Of a stretch of 64,000 nt of DNA, positions 1-9,494 are shown in pieces. Location: IMG/VR virus record IMGVR_UViG_3300048091_000425; one strand, 5' to 3'. Both the position numbers and the translations under genes were made by a program. Origin of the DNA: a virus. Position 1 is the stretch's first letter; the number at the start of each line of letters is the position of its first letter. The notes below the pieces were generated by a model, which did not search any database, was not told where the DNA came from, and saw only the letters and a program-made list of their open reading frames with translations.

Positions 1-456
1 TCAGTAAATCGAGCGAACGCGGACATCGCCGGACGGTGTGATGCACCACATCAGGCCGCCCATCATCGGCGAAACAAGTCCTTTGCGCACCAAGGAGTTG
101 ATGGTACGCGAGCACGGATCATGGATGTTTTTCGACAGCTCTCTGCGGGGCGCCGTGGCGATCTGCACCAGCAGCGTCTCTTCCCTTGAGCTGAGCTTAA
201 TATGCTCGCTACCAAGGTCATTCTGGCTGCCCAGAAGCTGCCATGGCCGCGCCGGCGAGTCCGGATTGAACCACTCCCACCCGTCAGTACCAACATCCTG
301 GCCAACAGCACTCATCATGACTTTTTCTTCGCGGCCAAGTGTGGTGCGAATCTTCAACGCGGTAACACCCTCTCTGACCAAGGCTCCGGTGATTTCCCCT
401 TCATAGCCGTGGCGGTGCCGCACTTTGATACCAACCCAATTCTGGTGCATGTTCAC
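1..456 (-). CDS. Hypothetical protein; possible C-terminal winged helix
   Basis: 151-aa ORF co-oriented with neighbours, start overlaps upstream stop; C-terminal 'INSLVRKGLV...ITPSG' resembles a wHTH wing. Confidence 0.6.
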   Translation of the reverse strand: MNMHQNWVGIKVRHRHGYEGEITGALVREGVTALKIRTTLGREEKVMMSAVGQDVGTDGWEWFNPDSPARPWQLLGSQNDLGSEHIKLSSREETLLVQIATAPRRELSKNIHDPCSRTINSLVRKGLVSPMMGGLMWCITPSGDVRVRSIY

Positions 457-722
457 GTCCTTGCCAATTTTTTCAGTTCGTTAGTCTGTGCTTCAAGGCA
501 GTCGTTCCACCACACGGCGTAGTTGGTGCGAAGCCCGGTGCCGTTGAGCTCCTCGCACCGCGAAGGCAAAGAGATAGTACTGGTGACATGTCCTATCGCG
601 ATGTCCCCGTTCAGTTTGGCACCGCAATAAGTGCACCATTTGCCAGGGCCACTGAGGCCCAGCGTCAAGTTGCCACAGGCCTCGCACTTATCGGCGGTAA
701 CGTCAAACGTCAAGTTCATCAC
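453..722 (-). CDS. Small zinc-ribbon protein
   Basis: CEACG and CTYCG CxxC pairs. Confidence 0.6.
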   Translation of the reverse strand: MMNLTFDVTADKCEACGNLTLGLSGPGKWCTYCGAKLNGDIAIGHVTSTISLPSRCEELNGTGLRTNYAVWWNDCLEAQTNELKKLART

Positions 723-758
723 TTGCCCTCGAGGCTGTAGAACGGAGAACTTCGGTGT

Positions 759-1190
759 TCAGGCCGGTGCGCGGGCCGCCAGCAACTGCTGTTCCAGCCA
801 ACCCACATAGGAGGCCTGGCCACTGCTTTGGAATTCCTTGTACAGCGCCAACGAGCTGGAAGGAACCAGGCTCAGAATCCCCTCCTCGAGATCATCGTCA
901 GCCGTAACGTACAAGTCTTCTTGCGGCTTGTACTGCCCAGCCTCACGGGCGGTGAGCGTCGGCTGGCCGTGCTTGTCGTAGTAGTTCGATTGTTCGAGCG
1001 CCTTATTGTGCTCGTCAAAGGCGCTGTAATCGACGCTCAAGACGGCAACATCATCGTGTTTCAGATGCACCGCCACCAGGTGTGCCCGCATTTTGGCATC
1101 CGGGTAGGTCTCAAGGGTCTCAACCTTCGGGCCAAACTCAATGACCAAAGGGCCGGCTGCCAGCAGGTGTTTCAATTCATGCGCATTCAT
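759..1190 (-). CDS. Hypothetical protein
   Basis: 143-aa ORF in the co-directional cluster. Confidence 0.65.
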   Translation of the reverse strand: MNAHELKHLLAAGPLVIEFGPKVETLETYPDAKMRAHLVAVHLKHDDVAVLSVDYSAFDEHNKALEQSNYYDKHGQPTLTAREAGQYKPQEDLYVTADDDLEEGILSLVPSSSLALYKEFQSSGQASYVGWLEQQLLAARAPA

Positions 1191-1220
1191 CGTTTATCCC
1201 TCAATCCAGATGGTGTTTGG

Positions 1221-2159
1221 TTAACGCGCAGCAGCTTTGTATTCGAGCTGCTTGCCAAAGAATTCACGCAGATAAGAGCTCATCTGTTCTTTGGAGTTTG
1301 GCCAATCTGCATGCCAGGCATCCTGCAGGGCCACCCGGTCTGGGTTTTCGCAATCAGGGTGGAGCAAATTCAGGAAATCATTTCCCCAAACAGTTATCAC
1401 GGCTAACCCATGCTGAAACGCCAGCAACCCCATGTTTCGCAATTTTATTTGAGAGCGGCCTGAGCCCACCCATTCTTTCCCAGAAGAGAGATTTTCCGCC
1501 ATGAAATAACGTTTCCTGATCCAATACAGGAACTGCAGGGAGTATTCATCCATTCTAGGATTAGAATCGTCGACACCGACTTTACGCAGGCAATCCGTTA
1601 ACAAGGCCTGCGAATTGATGTTGAAATTGTAATCGAAGAAGTGCCTTGCCCTGCCCTTGGCAGACCACTGACGGTACTTTGGATCCTCAGTCGTCGTGAT
1701 CTCCAGTACTCTACAGATCTTCGACTCCCATATGGCGGTCAGGATCAGCGCCGGGCGCTCCCTTCTCGCTTCCTCGGCGCCAAGGCAATGGGTGAGCAGT
1801 ACCTCGAAACTATTTGCACCTGAAAAGCCTGGGTGGGCTGCAAACCAGATCTCGCCGGCGCTTTTAATTACCTGGAAAGGATCAAGTTCTGTTTTTTCAA
1901 GCTCACCGTTCAGCAGCTCGACCACAAAGTCAGATTTAGCCCATTCCGAGTCGCGGAGCTTCCAGCCAGGTTCACCCACGTAGGGATAGTCGGCTTCGGT
2001 CAAACCCTCTGGGTATCGAAACTCAAAGAGCGCGAGAGACCGCGTGTAGACCACGAGGACTTGGCGCCCAGGCCAGCGTTCAGCCGCAAAAGGGGCAATA
2101 TCGCGAGCATTGTCACGACCTTCCATTACCAGAACGACGTTCGACTGTGAAACTTCCAT
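1221..2159 (-). CDS. Degenerate Toprim/topoisomerase-IA-derived protein (paralogue of 2228-3214)
   Basis: Collinear with the upstream paralogue (FEFRYP, FFDYNFNINS, LHPDCE); acidic motifs altered (MEGR for LEKP, HPGFSG for DPDHSG). Confidence 0.75.
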   Translation of the reverse strand: MEVSQSNVVLVMEGRDNARDIAPFAAERWPGRQVLVVYTRSLALFEFRYPEGLTEADYPYVGEPGWKLRDSEWAKSDFVVELLNGELEKTELDPFQVIKSAGEIWFAAHPGFSGANSFEVLLTHCLGAEEARRERPALILTAIWESKICRVLEITTTEDPKYRQWSAKGRARHFFDYNFNINSQALLTDCLRKVGVDDSNPRMDEYSLQFLYWIRKRYFMAENLSSGKEWVGSGRSQIKLRNMGLLAFQHGLAVITVWGNDFLNLLHPDCENPDRVALQDAWHADWPNSKEQMSSYLREFFGKQLEYKAAAR

Positions 2160-2227
2160 GACCCTTTTCCTTTTAAAATGGTGATATTCAAGTTCAGCAC
2201 TGCGCCAGCGTCTGGCGCAGATAACAA

Positions 2228-3214
2228 TCAGCGAGCCGGCTTGAACCGGGCTTGCTTGCCGAAAAAGGTGCGCAGGTAGCGGGTCATGGGGGCTTTAGTG
2301 TTCGGCCAATCCGCTTGCCAGGCCGCCAGCCTGGCCGACAGGTCAGGATCTTCGCAGTCCGGGTGCAACTGATTCAGGAAGTCATTCCCACGGTCGGTTA
2401 TGACGATCAGCTTTTCTTGAAAAGCAGTTAACCCGGCTGTCCGCAACTGAGTGATGATGGAGGCTCTAGACGCCGGCGAACCTATTTCGAAGGGCTCGTA
2501 GCGGCCTGTTCCAGTCCATTTATCCATTGACCAACAGATCCGGCCCTCGGAGAGTGGTTGCTGGCCCCGCAGCCAGTACAGAAGCTGCAAGGCGTACTTG
2601 CTCATGCCGAAGCCTGACGTGTCGACCCCTACTTTACGCAGGCAATCGCCGAACAAGGCCAGCGAGTTCACGTTGAAGTTGTAGTCGAAAAACCGCTTTG
2701 CCGAACCACGGTTCGACCAGTCACGGTATTTCGGATCCGCAGTCGTCGTCGGCGTGGCCAACATCCGAACAATGTCCGCATCAGCCATTGACCTAAAGAT
2801 CAGCGCAGGGTGCTCCTTGGCCGCCACGTCAGCACCGAAACACTGGGCCAGCAGCACATCGAAGGCATTTGCACCCGAGTGGTCAGGGTCGCACGCAAAC
2901 CAGACCTCACCCGCACTTTTGACTACATGGAAAGGGTCAAGGCCTGATTTGACGATCTCGCCATTGACGAACTCGACCGTAAAACTCGCTTCCGGCCACC
3001 CAAAATCTCTTACTTTCCAGGAAGGTTCCCCTACAAATGGAAAGTCGGTGTGGGATAAACCGCGAGGATAACGAAATTCGTAGAGACCCAGGTAGAAGGT
3101 ATAAACCGCGAAGACTTTTCGGCCCGGCCAGCGATCAGCCACAAAAGGGGCGATGGCGCGTGTCTGCATGGGTTTTTCGAGGACGAGCACAATGCTCGGT
3201 TGAGTTGTTTCCAT
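2228..3214 (-). CDS. Topoisomerase IA/III-derived protein: Toprim plus domain IV, lacking domains II/III
   Basis: VLVLEKP, ACDPDHSG (cf. DxDREG), KRFFDYNFNVNS (cf. R..D...G.N.S), IGSPASRASII..L (cf. GTPATRA.II..L), T.RG; only 328 aa. Confidence 0.8.
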   Translation of the reverse strand: METTQPSIVLVLEKPMQTRAIAPFVADRWPGRKVFAVYTFYLGLYEFRYPRGLSHTDFPFVGEPSWKVRDFGWPEASFTVEFVNGEIVKSGLDPFHVVKSAGEVWFACDPDHSGANAFDVLLAQCFGADVAAKEHPALIFRSMADADIVRMLATPTTTADPKYRDWSNRGSAKRFFDYNFNVNSLALFGDCLRKVGVDTSGFGMSKYALQLLYWLRGQQPLSEGRICWSMDKWTGTGRYEPFEIGSPASRASIITQLRTAGLTAFQEKLIVITDRGNDFLNQLHPDCEDPDLSARLAAWQADWPNTKAPMTRYLRTFFGKQARFKPAR

Positions 3215-3368
3215 GATCCGTACTCCTGATTCAGGAAGGTGGGTAAAGCACGGCTTAGCCGTGGACTGCGTGCAATTTATACCAATTGTTAGGCTATGAA
3301 AAGGCCATTTGGCATCATTTTATGGACTTGTCATGCGTCAAGTGCAAAGTATCGATTGAGTACAGTGT

Positions 3369-3743
3369 TTATTGAAGCCTTTCGTGCTCGTCGAGCATTT
3401 TCACAACATTGCTTGTAGCGGCTCGCAATGCCACCAGGTCGGTTCTGTCCAGAGCCTCAACCTCTACCTCAACGTCGGTAAACAACTCAGACATTTCCTT
3501 CAGCCAGCCAAACAAGAACTCTTCTTCTGACACCAGGCCCTTGTCTTTGGGTTGCGGTTGTCCGACGACTTCAGCCTGCTTTGCTACTAGATCCGCAGCG
3601 AACTTCAACAGCTCGTCCTGCGTCACCTGGTACACGATTGAGTTCTCCAGGTAGGCCTGTGGATCAGTTCCAATTACCCGTTCGAACAAGTCGATGACCT
3701 GCTTGTTATCCAGCGTCTTGGTTGCACACTCTGTAATGCTCAT
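3369..3743 (-). CDS. Hypothetical protein
   Basis: 124-aa ORF abutting the upstream gene. Confidence 0.6.
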   Translation of the reverse strand: MSITECATKTLDNKQVIDLFERVIGTDPQAYLENSIVYQVTQDELLKFAADLVAKQAEVVGQPQPKDKGLVSEEEFLFGWLKEMSELFTDVEVEVEALDRTDLVALRAATSNVVKMLDEHERLQ

Positions 3744-4520
3744 TTACACCTCTGATTCTGGTTGTTCTGGCTGACCCACCGGCAGGGACATGATTTCTTC
3801 CCAATCGCGAATAACCACTTCGGCGCCCCGGAGCACATAACCGCCCTGCCTCCGAACGTGGTTCTCGAAAGAAACGACCCGAGCTGTCGGCAGCCGCGAG
3901 CTGATGAACGCACACAGCGCCGCTCGGCTGGCGTCGCAGTCAAGCACCCCTACTTCGTGTTTCTCATCGGACAGCACATAGCCCTGCTCGCGCAAGCTCT
4001 GAAGCCATAGGCGCTTGCGTTCTTTGTCCGATATCGGAGTTTCGGATAAGGTCGAACTGTAATCGCCATACAGACCACAAGACAGCTTCACCTTGCAGAT
4101 GTAGGGCCCGAACGTGGTCTCGGAAACAAGCCCGAAACCTTCATGCCGCCACCAGGCGTTGATCCGCTCTTCCAGGCTGCGAACACCCAACTGGATCAGC
4201 TGCGGCGACTGAGCATTGCCAAGTTGGGCTTCGAGCTCACGCACACGCCCGTTGGCGGTACGTAAAGCCAGATGCCGCCGCTCGACCTCATCCCCGCTCA
4301 TCGTCTCGACGTCAAGCTTCTTGCCGATGTCGGCCATCCGGTACTCAGCCACACTCAACACGCTACGGGCAGATTCGTGCTCCAGCGGCTCAGGGCTATC
4401 CATGAAAAAGATAAGAGTCGCCAAGGCCTCTTGGGCTTCCTTGACCAGACGCTTCACGACGGCTGCAGCATCCTCATCGAGAACGATGTCCGGCTTATTG
4501 CACGCAGGTTTGTCGAACAT
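3744..4520 (-). CDS. Hypothetical protein with coiled-coil segment
   Basis: 258-aa ORF; heptad-like 'LRTANGRVRELEAQL'. Confidence 0.7.
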   Translation of the reverse strand: MFDKPACNKPDIVLDEDAAAVVKRLVKEAQEALATLIFFMDSPEPLEHESARSVLSVAEYRMADIGKKLDVETMSGDEVERRHLALRTANGRVRELEAQLGNAQSPQLIQLGVRSLEERINAWWRHEGFGLVSETTFGPYICKVKLSCGLYGDYSSTLSETPISDKERKRLWLQSLREQGYVLSDEKHEVGVLDCDASRAALCAFISSRLPTARVVSFENHVRRQGGYVLRGAEVVIRDWEEIMSLPVGQPEQPESEV

Positions 4521-4722
4521 GGGGAGATCCTTCTAATTCAACTGGCTGACCAGGATCGGCCTAGATCAGAAATATCGGAGTGGTAGGCCAAGCGCCGGCG
4601 ATGAGCCTGTTGCTGGCGCTTACGCAACAGCGCTTCGCCACTGCGCCCCTGGGCCGGGAAGCGCCTGTTTTCTTCCTCAGGCATCACACAGACAATCTGA
4701 GGAAAGTCTTCGGCGATGCCCA

Positions 4723-5262
4723 TCAGCCATGCTCCGAAGCGGTGGCCGTAAGTTCAAGAACGACCGCGTCGGTGCCGTCATTCCCCTTGGCCACGGCGAC
4801 CGAAGTGCTCTTTCCGCTGTCGAGCACCAGCTTTTGCATGAAGTACTTGTTTTGTGAACCCACCAGCGAGACAGCCACACCACCGGTCGCAACCTCATCG
4901 TTACCCAATGGGGCCGACCGGTTGAAATTCACCATCACCTTGATCTTGCCCTGCTCGTCGAACGCCGGTGATAGGATCAGGTTGTCCCCAAAATCCAGGT
5001 GCTTGTACACCTCTTTGGGCTTGCCCTGCCCGTACTCGGCGCTCGCCAGGTACGGCGTCGATGAATCGAGCAACTCAGTGGACAGCGCCCCGCCGTCCGG
5101 CACGCTGGCCGACATAGTGGCCATGGTTTCACCGGCTGAGGTCAGCTTGAAGTCCAACTTGATCATCTGTCGACCAGACACCACCGTCGCCGGCAATTCG
5201 AGTGCCTGGGACTGCGTCGAAAGTTGCGCCAGGAGCGCCAACGCCATTGCTGCCTTTTTCAT
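4723..5262 (-). CDS. Putative exported protein
   Basis: MKK + hydrophobic core + SQA cleavage-like signal peptide. Confidence 0.7.
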   Translation of the reverse strand: MKKAAMALALLAQLSTQSQALELPATVVSGRQMIKLDFKLTSAGETMATMSASVPDGGALSTELLDSSTPYLASAEYGQGKPKEVYKHLDFGDNLILSPAFDEQGKIKVMVNFNRSAPLGNDEVATGGVAVSLVGSQNKYFMQKLVLDSGKSTSVAVAKGNDGTDAVVLELTATASEHG

Positions 5263-5341
5263 TCGATTTTAATTCCGTCAATTTTTGATATTCACTCGGC
5301 AGTAAATATCACTTTTTAGCTATGTATTGCCACTTTTAAAG

Positions 5342-5665
5342 TCATTGGTCACCGGGCTTTCTCAACAGGTGGTATTCCACGCCCAGGGAGTTTGGCCCCC
5401 TGAAGCTGGACATCCACTCGGCGTCCGCCAGCGTCAACTCACGATCCGTGCACACCAGGAAGTTCTGCTTTTGAACCTGTACACCATTACCGGTGAGCCT
5501 CCTCGATGAGATTTCGTAGAGGTACGGGCGAGTCGCGCATTTCTCGCCAGCCGCCTCGGCCTGCGTGGTCACGATACCAAAGTCGTACTCAGCGTGGGCC
5601 AGCGAGCACAGAAAGGTTCCAAGGAGCAGCCCGCAAGCCGCTCCCAGCGATTTAGAGTGTGTCAT
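5342..5665 (-). CDS. Putative exported small protein
   Basis: Likely start MTHSK at 5665; signal peptide ending AHA; two Cys in the mature part. Confidence 0.65.
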   Translation of the reverse strand: MTHSKSLGAACGLLLGTFLCSLAHAEYDFGIVTTQAEAAGEKCATRPYLYEISSRRLTGNGVQVQKQNFLVCTDRELTLADAEWMSSFRGPNSLGVEYHLLRKPGDQ

Positions 5666-5807
5666 GTAGGTCAGCGTCCTGATTGGTTGACGAAACGGCG
5701 CGTAAGCTCTCACAGGCTATCTGGAAAAATCCAGCCGGCGAGCGCCGGAGGGACGACTTCTCTCTTCAAGACCCTCGATCCCTCCACTCCGGCGCCGGTT
5801 CGAGCGA

Positions 5808-6161
5808 TTATCGAAACAACGGGGAGAGTGTCGCCTCATGCCAGACGTGATCAGCTTCGAACTGATTGCATTTCAGCCGATCCTCCATTGTGACGATCTC
5901 GTAGGCTTTGTGGCGGGGTCTCGTTGTTTCCGCGTGGGCATCGACGATCTTGCGGTTCACGTACCCCATGCACGCATCGGACGAATGCTGAAATCCAACG
6001 ATCAGGTAGGCTTCCGGGACTCGCTCGGCGACCGGGGCGGCAAGCCTCTCACGCAGCTCCATCAAGGCCAGGACGCTGTCCACACCGGCGCCGCTTGCCA
6101 ATCGCTTCGCCAGATCCAAGGGAATTTCGATGGTGGCGCCCAGGTTATTCGCCACGAGCAA
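5808..6161 (-). CDS. Hypothetical protein
   Basis: 117-aa ORF overlapping the upstream stop. Confidence 0.5.
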   Translation of the reverse strand: MLVANNLGATIEIPLDLAKRLASGAGVDSVLALMELRERLAAPVAERVPEAYLIVGFQHSSDACMGYVNRKIVDAHAETTRPRHKAYEIVTMEDRLKCNQFEADHVWHEATLSPLFR

Positions 6162-6915
6162 GATCCAGCTCGACCAGAATTTCGCTCACCAGCCCATTGA
6201 TGTCGCTTTCGCTGATCTTGAACTCTTCCTCTTTGCAATCAGACTCGTTGTGGCGGGCGAAAACCCCGTGCACTGCCGACCACTGCTCCTGGCTCAGCGC
6301 CACTCCATAGGCTTCGGTTACAAAAGCGTACTTTCTGCCAGGTTCTTCATCCGACAATTTGGCCGCGAGCGCAGCGTCGCGGCGGGAAAACCAGCCTTTC
6401 GGAACAACTCCCAACTCAAGGACAGTTGGAGATTCCTTGACCTCCCCCAGCAACTCGACCAGTTCAGAATTACGCTGTTCAAAGCCGCTTGCAAGATCCA
6501 ACAGGTGATCATTTTCCACCGACAGGTCGCGGTAGTCCTGTCTGATCTGGGTAAGTTCTGTCGACAGCAAATGGCAAGTGACAGACCAAGCAAGCTCAAC
6601 CTTCAAGCGCTCCCGCAGAATGCGGTTTTCCTCTCGTAAGGCGATCAGCGCCGGCTGCTCTTGTGTGTATTGGATCGTCTCGAAAGGCAAGTGCTTGGCG
6701 ACGTCCCATCGGTCAGTGACGCAAAGCTGGCCGTCTTCGTCGGTGAACACCCATACCGGCTCACCTAGGCGCTCGGCTACCAGGGCCTCATCGAGGATGT
6801 TGCGCACTTCCTTCGCCGTGTAGACAGGGCTCAAAACGCCTTCAGCAGCATGCGCTTCGAGCAATTGAATGGCCTTTTCCAGAAGCTCCGCTGCGATTTC
6901 TGACTTTTTCGTCAT
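6145..6915 (-). CDS. Phage-like modular (Ead/Ea22-style) coiled-coil protein
   Basis: Likely start MTKKS at 6915; 'RNSELVELLGEV' module shared with neighbours. Confidence 0.6.
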   Translation of the reverse strand: MTKKSEIAAELLEKAIQLLEAHAAEGVLSPVYTAKEVRNILDEALVAERLGEPVWVFTDEDGQLCVTDRWDVAKHLPFETIQYTQEQPALIALREENRILRERLKVELAWSVTCHLLSTELTQIRQDYRDLSVENDHLLDLASGFEQRNSELVELLGEVKESPTVLELGVVPKGWFSRRDAALAAKLSDEEPGRKYAFVTEAYGVALSQEQWSAVHGVFARHNESDCKEEEFKISESDINGLVSEILVELDLARGE

Positions 6916-6928
6916 TGTTGCATTCCTT

Positions 6929-7453
6929 TCATTCCCCATCGAGGGGTGTGAGTGCCTTGGCGATAACCTGTTCTGTGTACTCAATGCACGCCGATACGCC
7001 GGCAGAGCATTCACTGCCAGACAGGTCTTTGAATTCTTCGGGCAGACCCTTCAGCAACACGACCAGCTCCGCATTCCGCCGCTCGGAGGCGACAAGGCGA
7101 TCATGTAGGCTTTGCCCGTTGAGCTTCTGCGTGGTGACCACCACTTCAAATTGCTCGGTACCATCATCCAACGCAATGGTGAAAACCTGGCCAGTGTAGT
7201 TTTTGGCGCCGGAGTCCACCAGGTGACGCCCAGCGGCCTCAGCGAGAATCTGAAAATGATTCAGGCCACGGATACGCTCCAGCTCTGCACGCAACTCTGC
7301 CATTTCAGGCGGTTCCGCCTTGACGGCAGGAGGTTCAGCAAGAAGCTTGCGCAGGTCTTTGGCCATGTCGCGCCACTTTGGACTGGCATCCCATTCCATT
7401 TTGTTCAGCGCGTACTCCGCAATTACCCGCGTGACTTCGAGTTTGTCTGTCAT
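6929..7453 (-). CDS. Phage-like modular protein
   Basis: Likely start MTDKL at 7453; 'ERRNAELVVLL' module. Confidence 0.6.
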   Translation of the reverse strand: MTDKLEVTRVIAEYALNKMEWDASPKWRDMAKDLRKLLAEPPAVKAEPPEMAELRAELERIRGLNHFQILAEAAGRHLVDSGAKNYTGQVFTIALDDGTEQFEVVVTTQKLNGQSLHDRLVASERRNAELVVLLKGLPEEFKDLSGSECSAGVSACIEYTEQVIAKALTPLDGE

Positions 7454-7773
7454 GGATGTGCCGCACCTTTCAGCTTGTCGATTTCCGCCGTAAGCGCTTT
7501 GATGTGGCACAGCGCTCGCTGCGCCAGCTTGTTACCGTTCGCTAACTCGGCGTAAAACTCCAGGAGTTGCTGCTCGTCCGTCATCTCCTGCCATTGCAGA
7601 TCGAGGATGCGAACAGTAGGCACCGCGCCGTTTGCATGGCGAACTTGAACAAATCCAGGCGCCTGGTCATTCAGGTACTCAACCCAGCCACGGCCACAGT
7701 TTTTTTCATTGGCGACATGAAACAATTTGTCGCCACGTTGCAAAGTCTTTCCGGACACCATGGATTCGCTCAT
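7450..7773 (-). CDS. Hypothetical protein
   Basis: 107 aa, ATGA coupling to the next gene. Confidence 0.6.
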   Translation of the reverse strand: MSESMVSGKTLQRGDKLFHVANEKNCGRGWVEYLNDQAPGFVQVRHANGAVPTVRILDLQWQEMTDEQQLLEFYAELANGNKLAQRALCHIKALTAEIDKLKGAAHP

Positions 7774-7805
7774 GCGTTACTCCAGATTCTTGAGGGTTTA
7801 GGGTG

Positions 7806-8060
7806 CTATTCGATCAGTAGCTCGTCAAGGCGACCGCGAGAATCGAGATCCAGGGTTTCGCTGCGACCGGTGCAGTGCTTGCCATCGGTGAAGCCGGCTG
7901 CGATTGGCTTTTTGTACTGACGCTCCCAGTTATCGGGGTTGCCGTTCTTAAACGTTTTCAAATAATTGACGACATCGGCGAAATCGTCGTGGTTGAAACG
8001 CTTGGGGAAGATGAAGATCTCTTCTTTGCCATCTTCATCCTGGGTAACTACGTATTTCAT
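7806..8060 (-). CDS. Hypothetical phage/plasmid protein
   Basis: 84 aa, ATGA overlap; ends in 'GRSETLDLDSR..D..LI'. Confidence 0.65.
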   Translation of the reverse strand: MKYVVTQDEDGKEEIFIFPKRFNHDDFADVVNYLKTFKNGNPDNWERQYKKPIAAGFTDGKHCTGRSETLDLDSRGRLDELLIE

Positions 8061-8716
8061 TCACTTGATCCCGATTCGTTGAGCCTCAGGGCGGCTTCAA
8101 TTTCAGCTATGAATGCTTCTGAGAAAGAGTGCCCTGCGATGAGTTGAGCTTCATCGAGCAATTTGGCAAGAGCCGCGTTGCTCCGCTCGACGGCGGCCAG
8201 ACGCTGCTGCAGCGCGTCCTCACGATCAATGGATAACTCGAGACACTGTTGAGTAGTGTCGCGCTGTTCCAGAAGCCTTGTTATCTCGGACTGGGCATCC
8301 TTAAGCCGGATCAGGGGCTCGATGCTGTAGAAGCCAGGGGTGCTCGGCTGCTCCTGGATCTTGTCATCTACCCATGGCACTTTCCGGTAAGCCTTGACCT
8401 CTGCCATTTCCGCAGAAGGGGTGCATTCCCGGCCAACGATTTGAAATACCACCGGCCCCTGGCGCTCCACGACTTGGGAGGGCTTCTCAGGGAAAGGCCA
8501 AAGCTCAATGTCCAACTCCGCTTTGCAGTGGGGGCAGTCACCGTCCGCATCCGCCCTGCTCGCCATCGTCACTGGAACCTTGCAGCTCCAGCAGGGCCAG
8601 GAGTTTGGGTGGGCAGCGAGTATTGCACGCAACTCTGGCCCGATTGGGGACACGAGGCGCATCTCATAAGCCCAGCGCTGCAGCACCTCCCGCCCCAGTT
8701 CGATCTTATTGCTCAT
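8057..8716 (-). CDS. Phage-like modular protein with zinc ribbon
   Basis: CWSC...CPHC; 'VVERQ' module; likely start MSNKI at 8716. Confidence 0.6.
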   Translation of the reverse strand: MSNKIELGREVLQRWAYEMRLVSPIGPELRAILAAHPNSWPCWSCKVPVTMASRADADGDCPHCKAELDIELWPFPEKPSQVVERQGPVVFQIVGRECTPSAEMAEVKAYRKVPWVDDKIQEQPSTPGFYSIEPLIRLKDAQSEITRLLEQRDTTQQCLELSIDREDALQQRLAAVERSNAALAKLLDEAQLIAGHSFSEAFIAEIEAALRLNESGSSE

Positions 8717-9494
8717 GGCTATCCCCTGCTTTGTTTTGGCCCACTGCAAGCGGCGCTGGCTGTCTTACAGCTGCACGCCATACCTCAAGCGCTGCACCTT
8801 TAAGTCCCTCGAAGCGGAACACGTCACGCAGCATCTGTTCGTTTGCCTCGAACCATGGCTCCACGTCCGCCCAAGTGGTTTGTTTCACCACCGGCACTGG
8901 AGGCAAATCCTTGCACCTGTCGAGATAGGATAGAAGTGTTGCGGCGGCGCAGCTCAACATCCCGCTTTCGAAAACTTGTTGATCAAGCCAGTACGCCAGG
9001 GCGGTCACTCGCTGTTCTTCTGTTTCAGCATTCGCACTGTCATGCACGGCTTGCTTGAGCTTTTCGGTAACCACCGATTCCGGCTCGGGCCGCAGGGCGA
9101 ACTCTTTGTACGCAACCCACAAACCCTGGACATATTCATCGGCATAGCCTTGAAGGTCATCGCTGCGAGCAAGTGATCGGTCGTCGAGAAACCCGAAAAC
9201 CGGGTGTTTCGTCGCCATTACCCATTTCTGGAAAGGCTCACAATCCCCTGGCAGAGGCTCTTGGCGCTCGACGACTGGGGCGGCGCGAGTGTTCCATTCA
9301 GCAATCAAGCGGAGCTTTTCGTCGGGGTGATCGCTGTCCGTGTTCGCAGTGCTGCTGTTACGCGGGAACACGCATTTCTGGTCGTGTTCCCCATAGATGC
9401 GGTGACCAGTGGATCGCCCGCTTTCAATGCGCATTTGGCAGTCGCAGAACGGACACGGCGCCAGCTCCTTCGATATTTCAATGCTTGCGTTCAT
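8706..9494 (-). CDS. Lar (restriction-alleviation)-like N-terminal domain, modular protein
   Basis: ELAPCPFC ... AEWNTRA, the typical Lar pattern. Confidence 0.55.
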   Translation of the reverse strand: MNASIEISKELAPCPFCDCQMRIESGRSTGHRIYGEHDQKCVFPRNSSTANTDSDHPDEKLRLIAEWNTRAAPVVERQEPLPGDCEPFQKWVMATKHPVFGFLDDRSLARSDDLQGYADEYVQGLWVAYKEFALRPEPESVVTEKLKQAVHDSANAETEEQRVTALAYWLDQQVFESGMLSCAAATLLSYLDRCKDLPPVPVVKQTTWADVEPWFEANEQMLRDVFRFEGLKGAALEVWRAAVRQPAPLAVGQNKAGDSHEQ

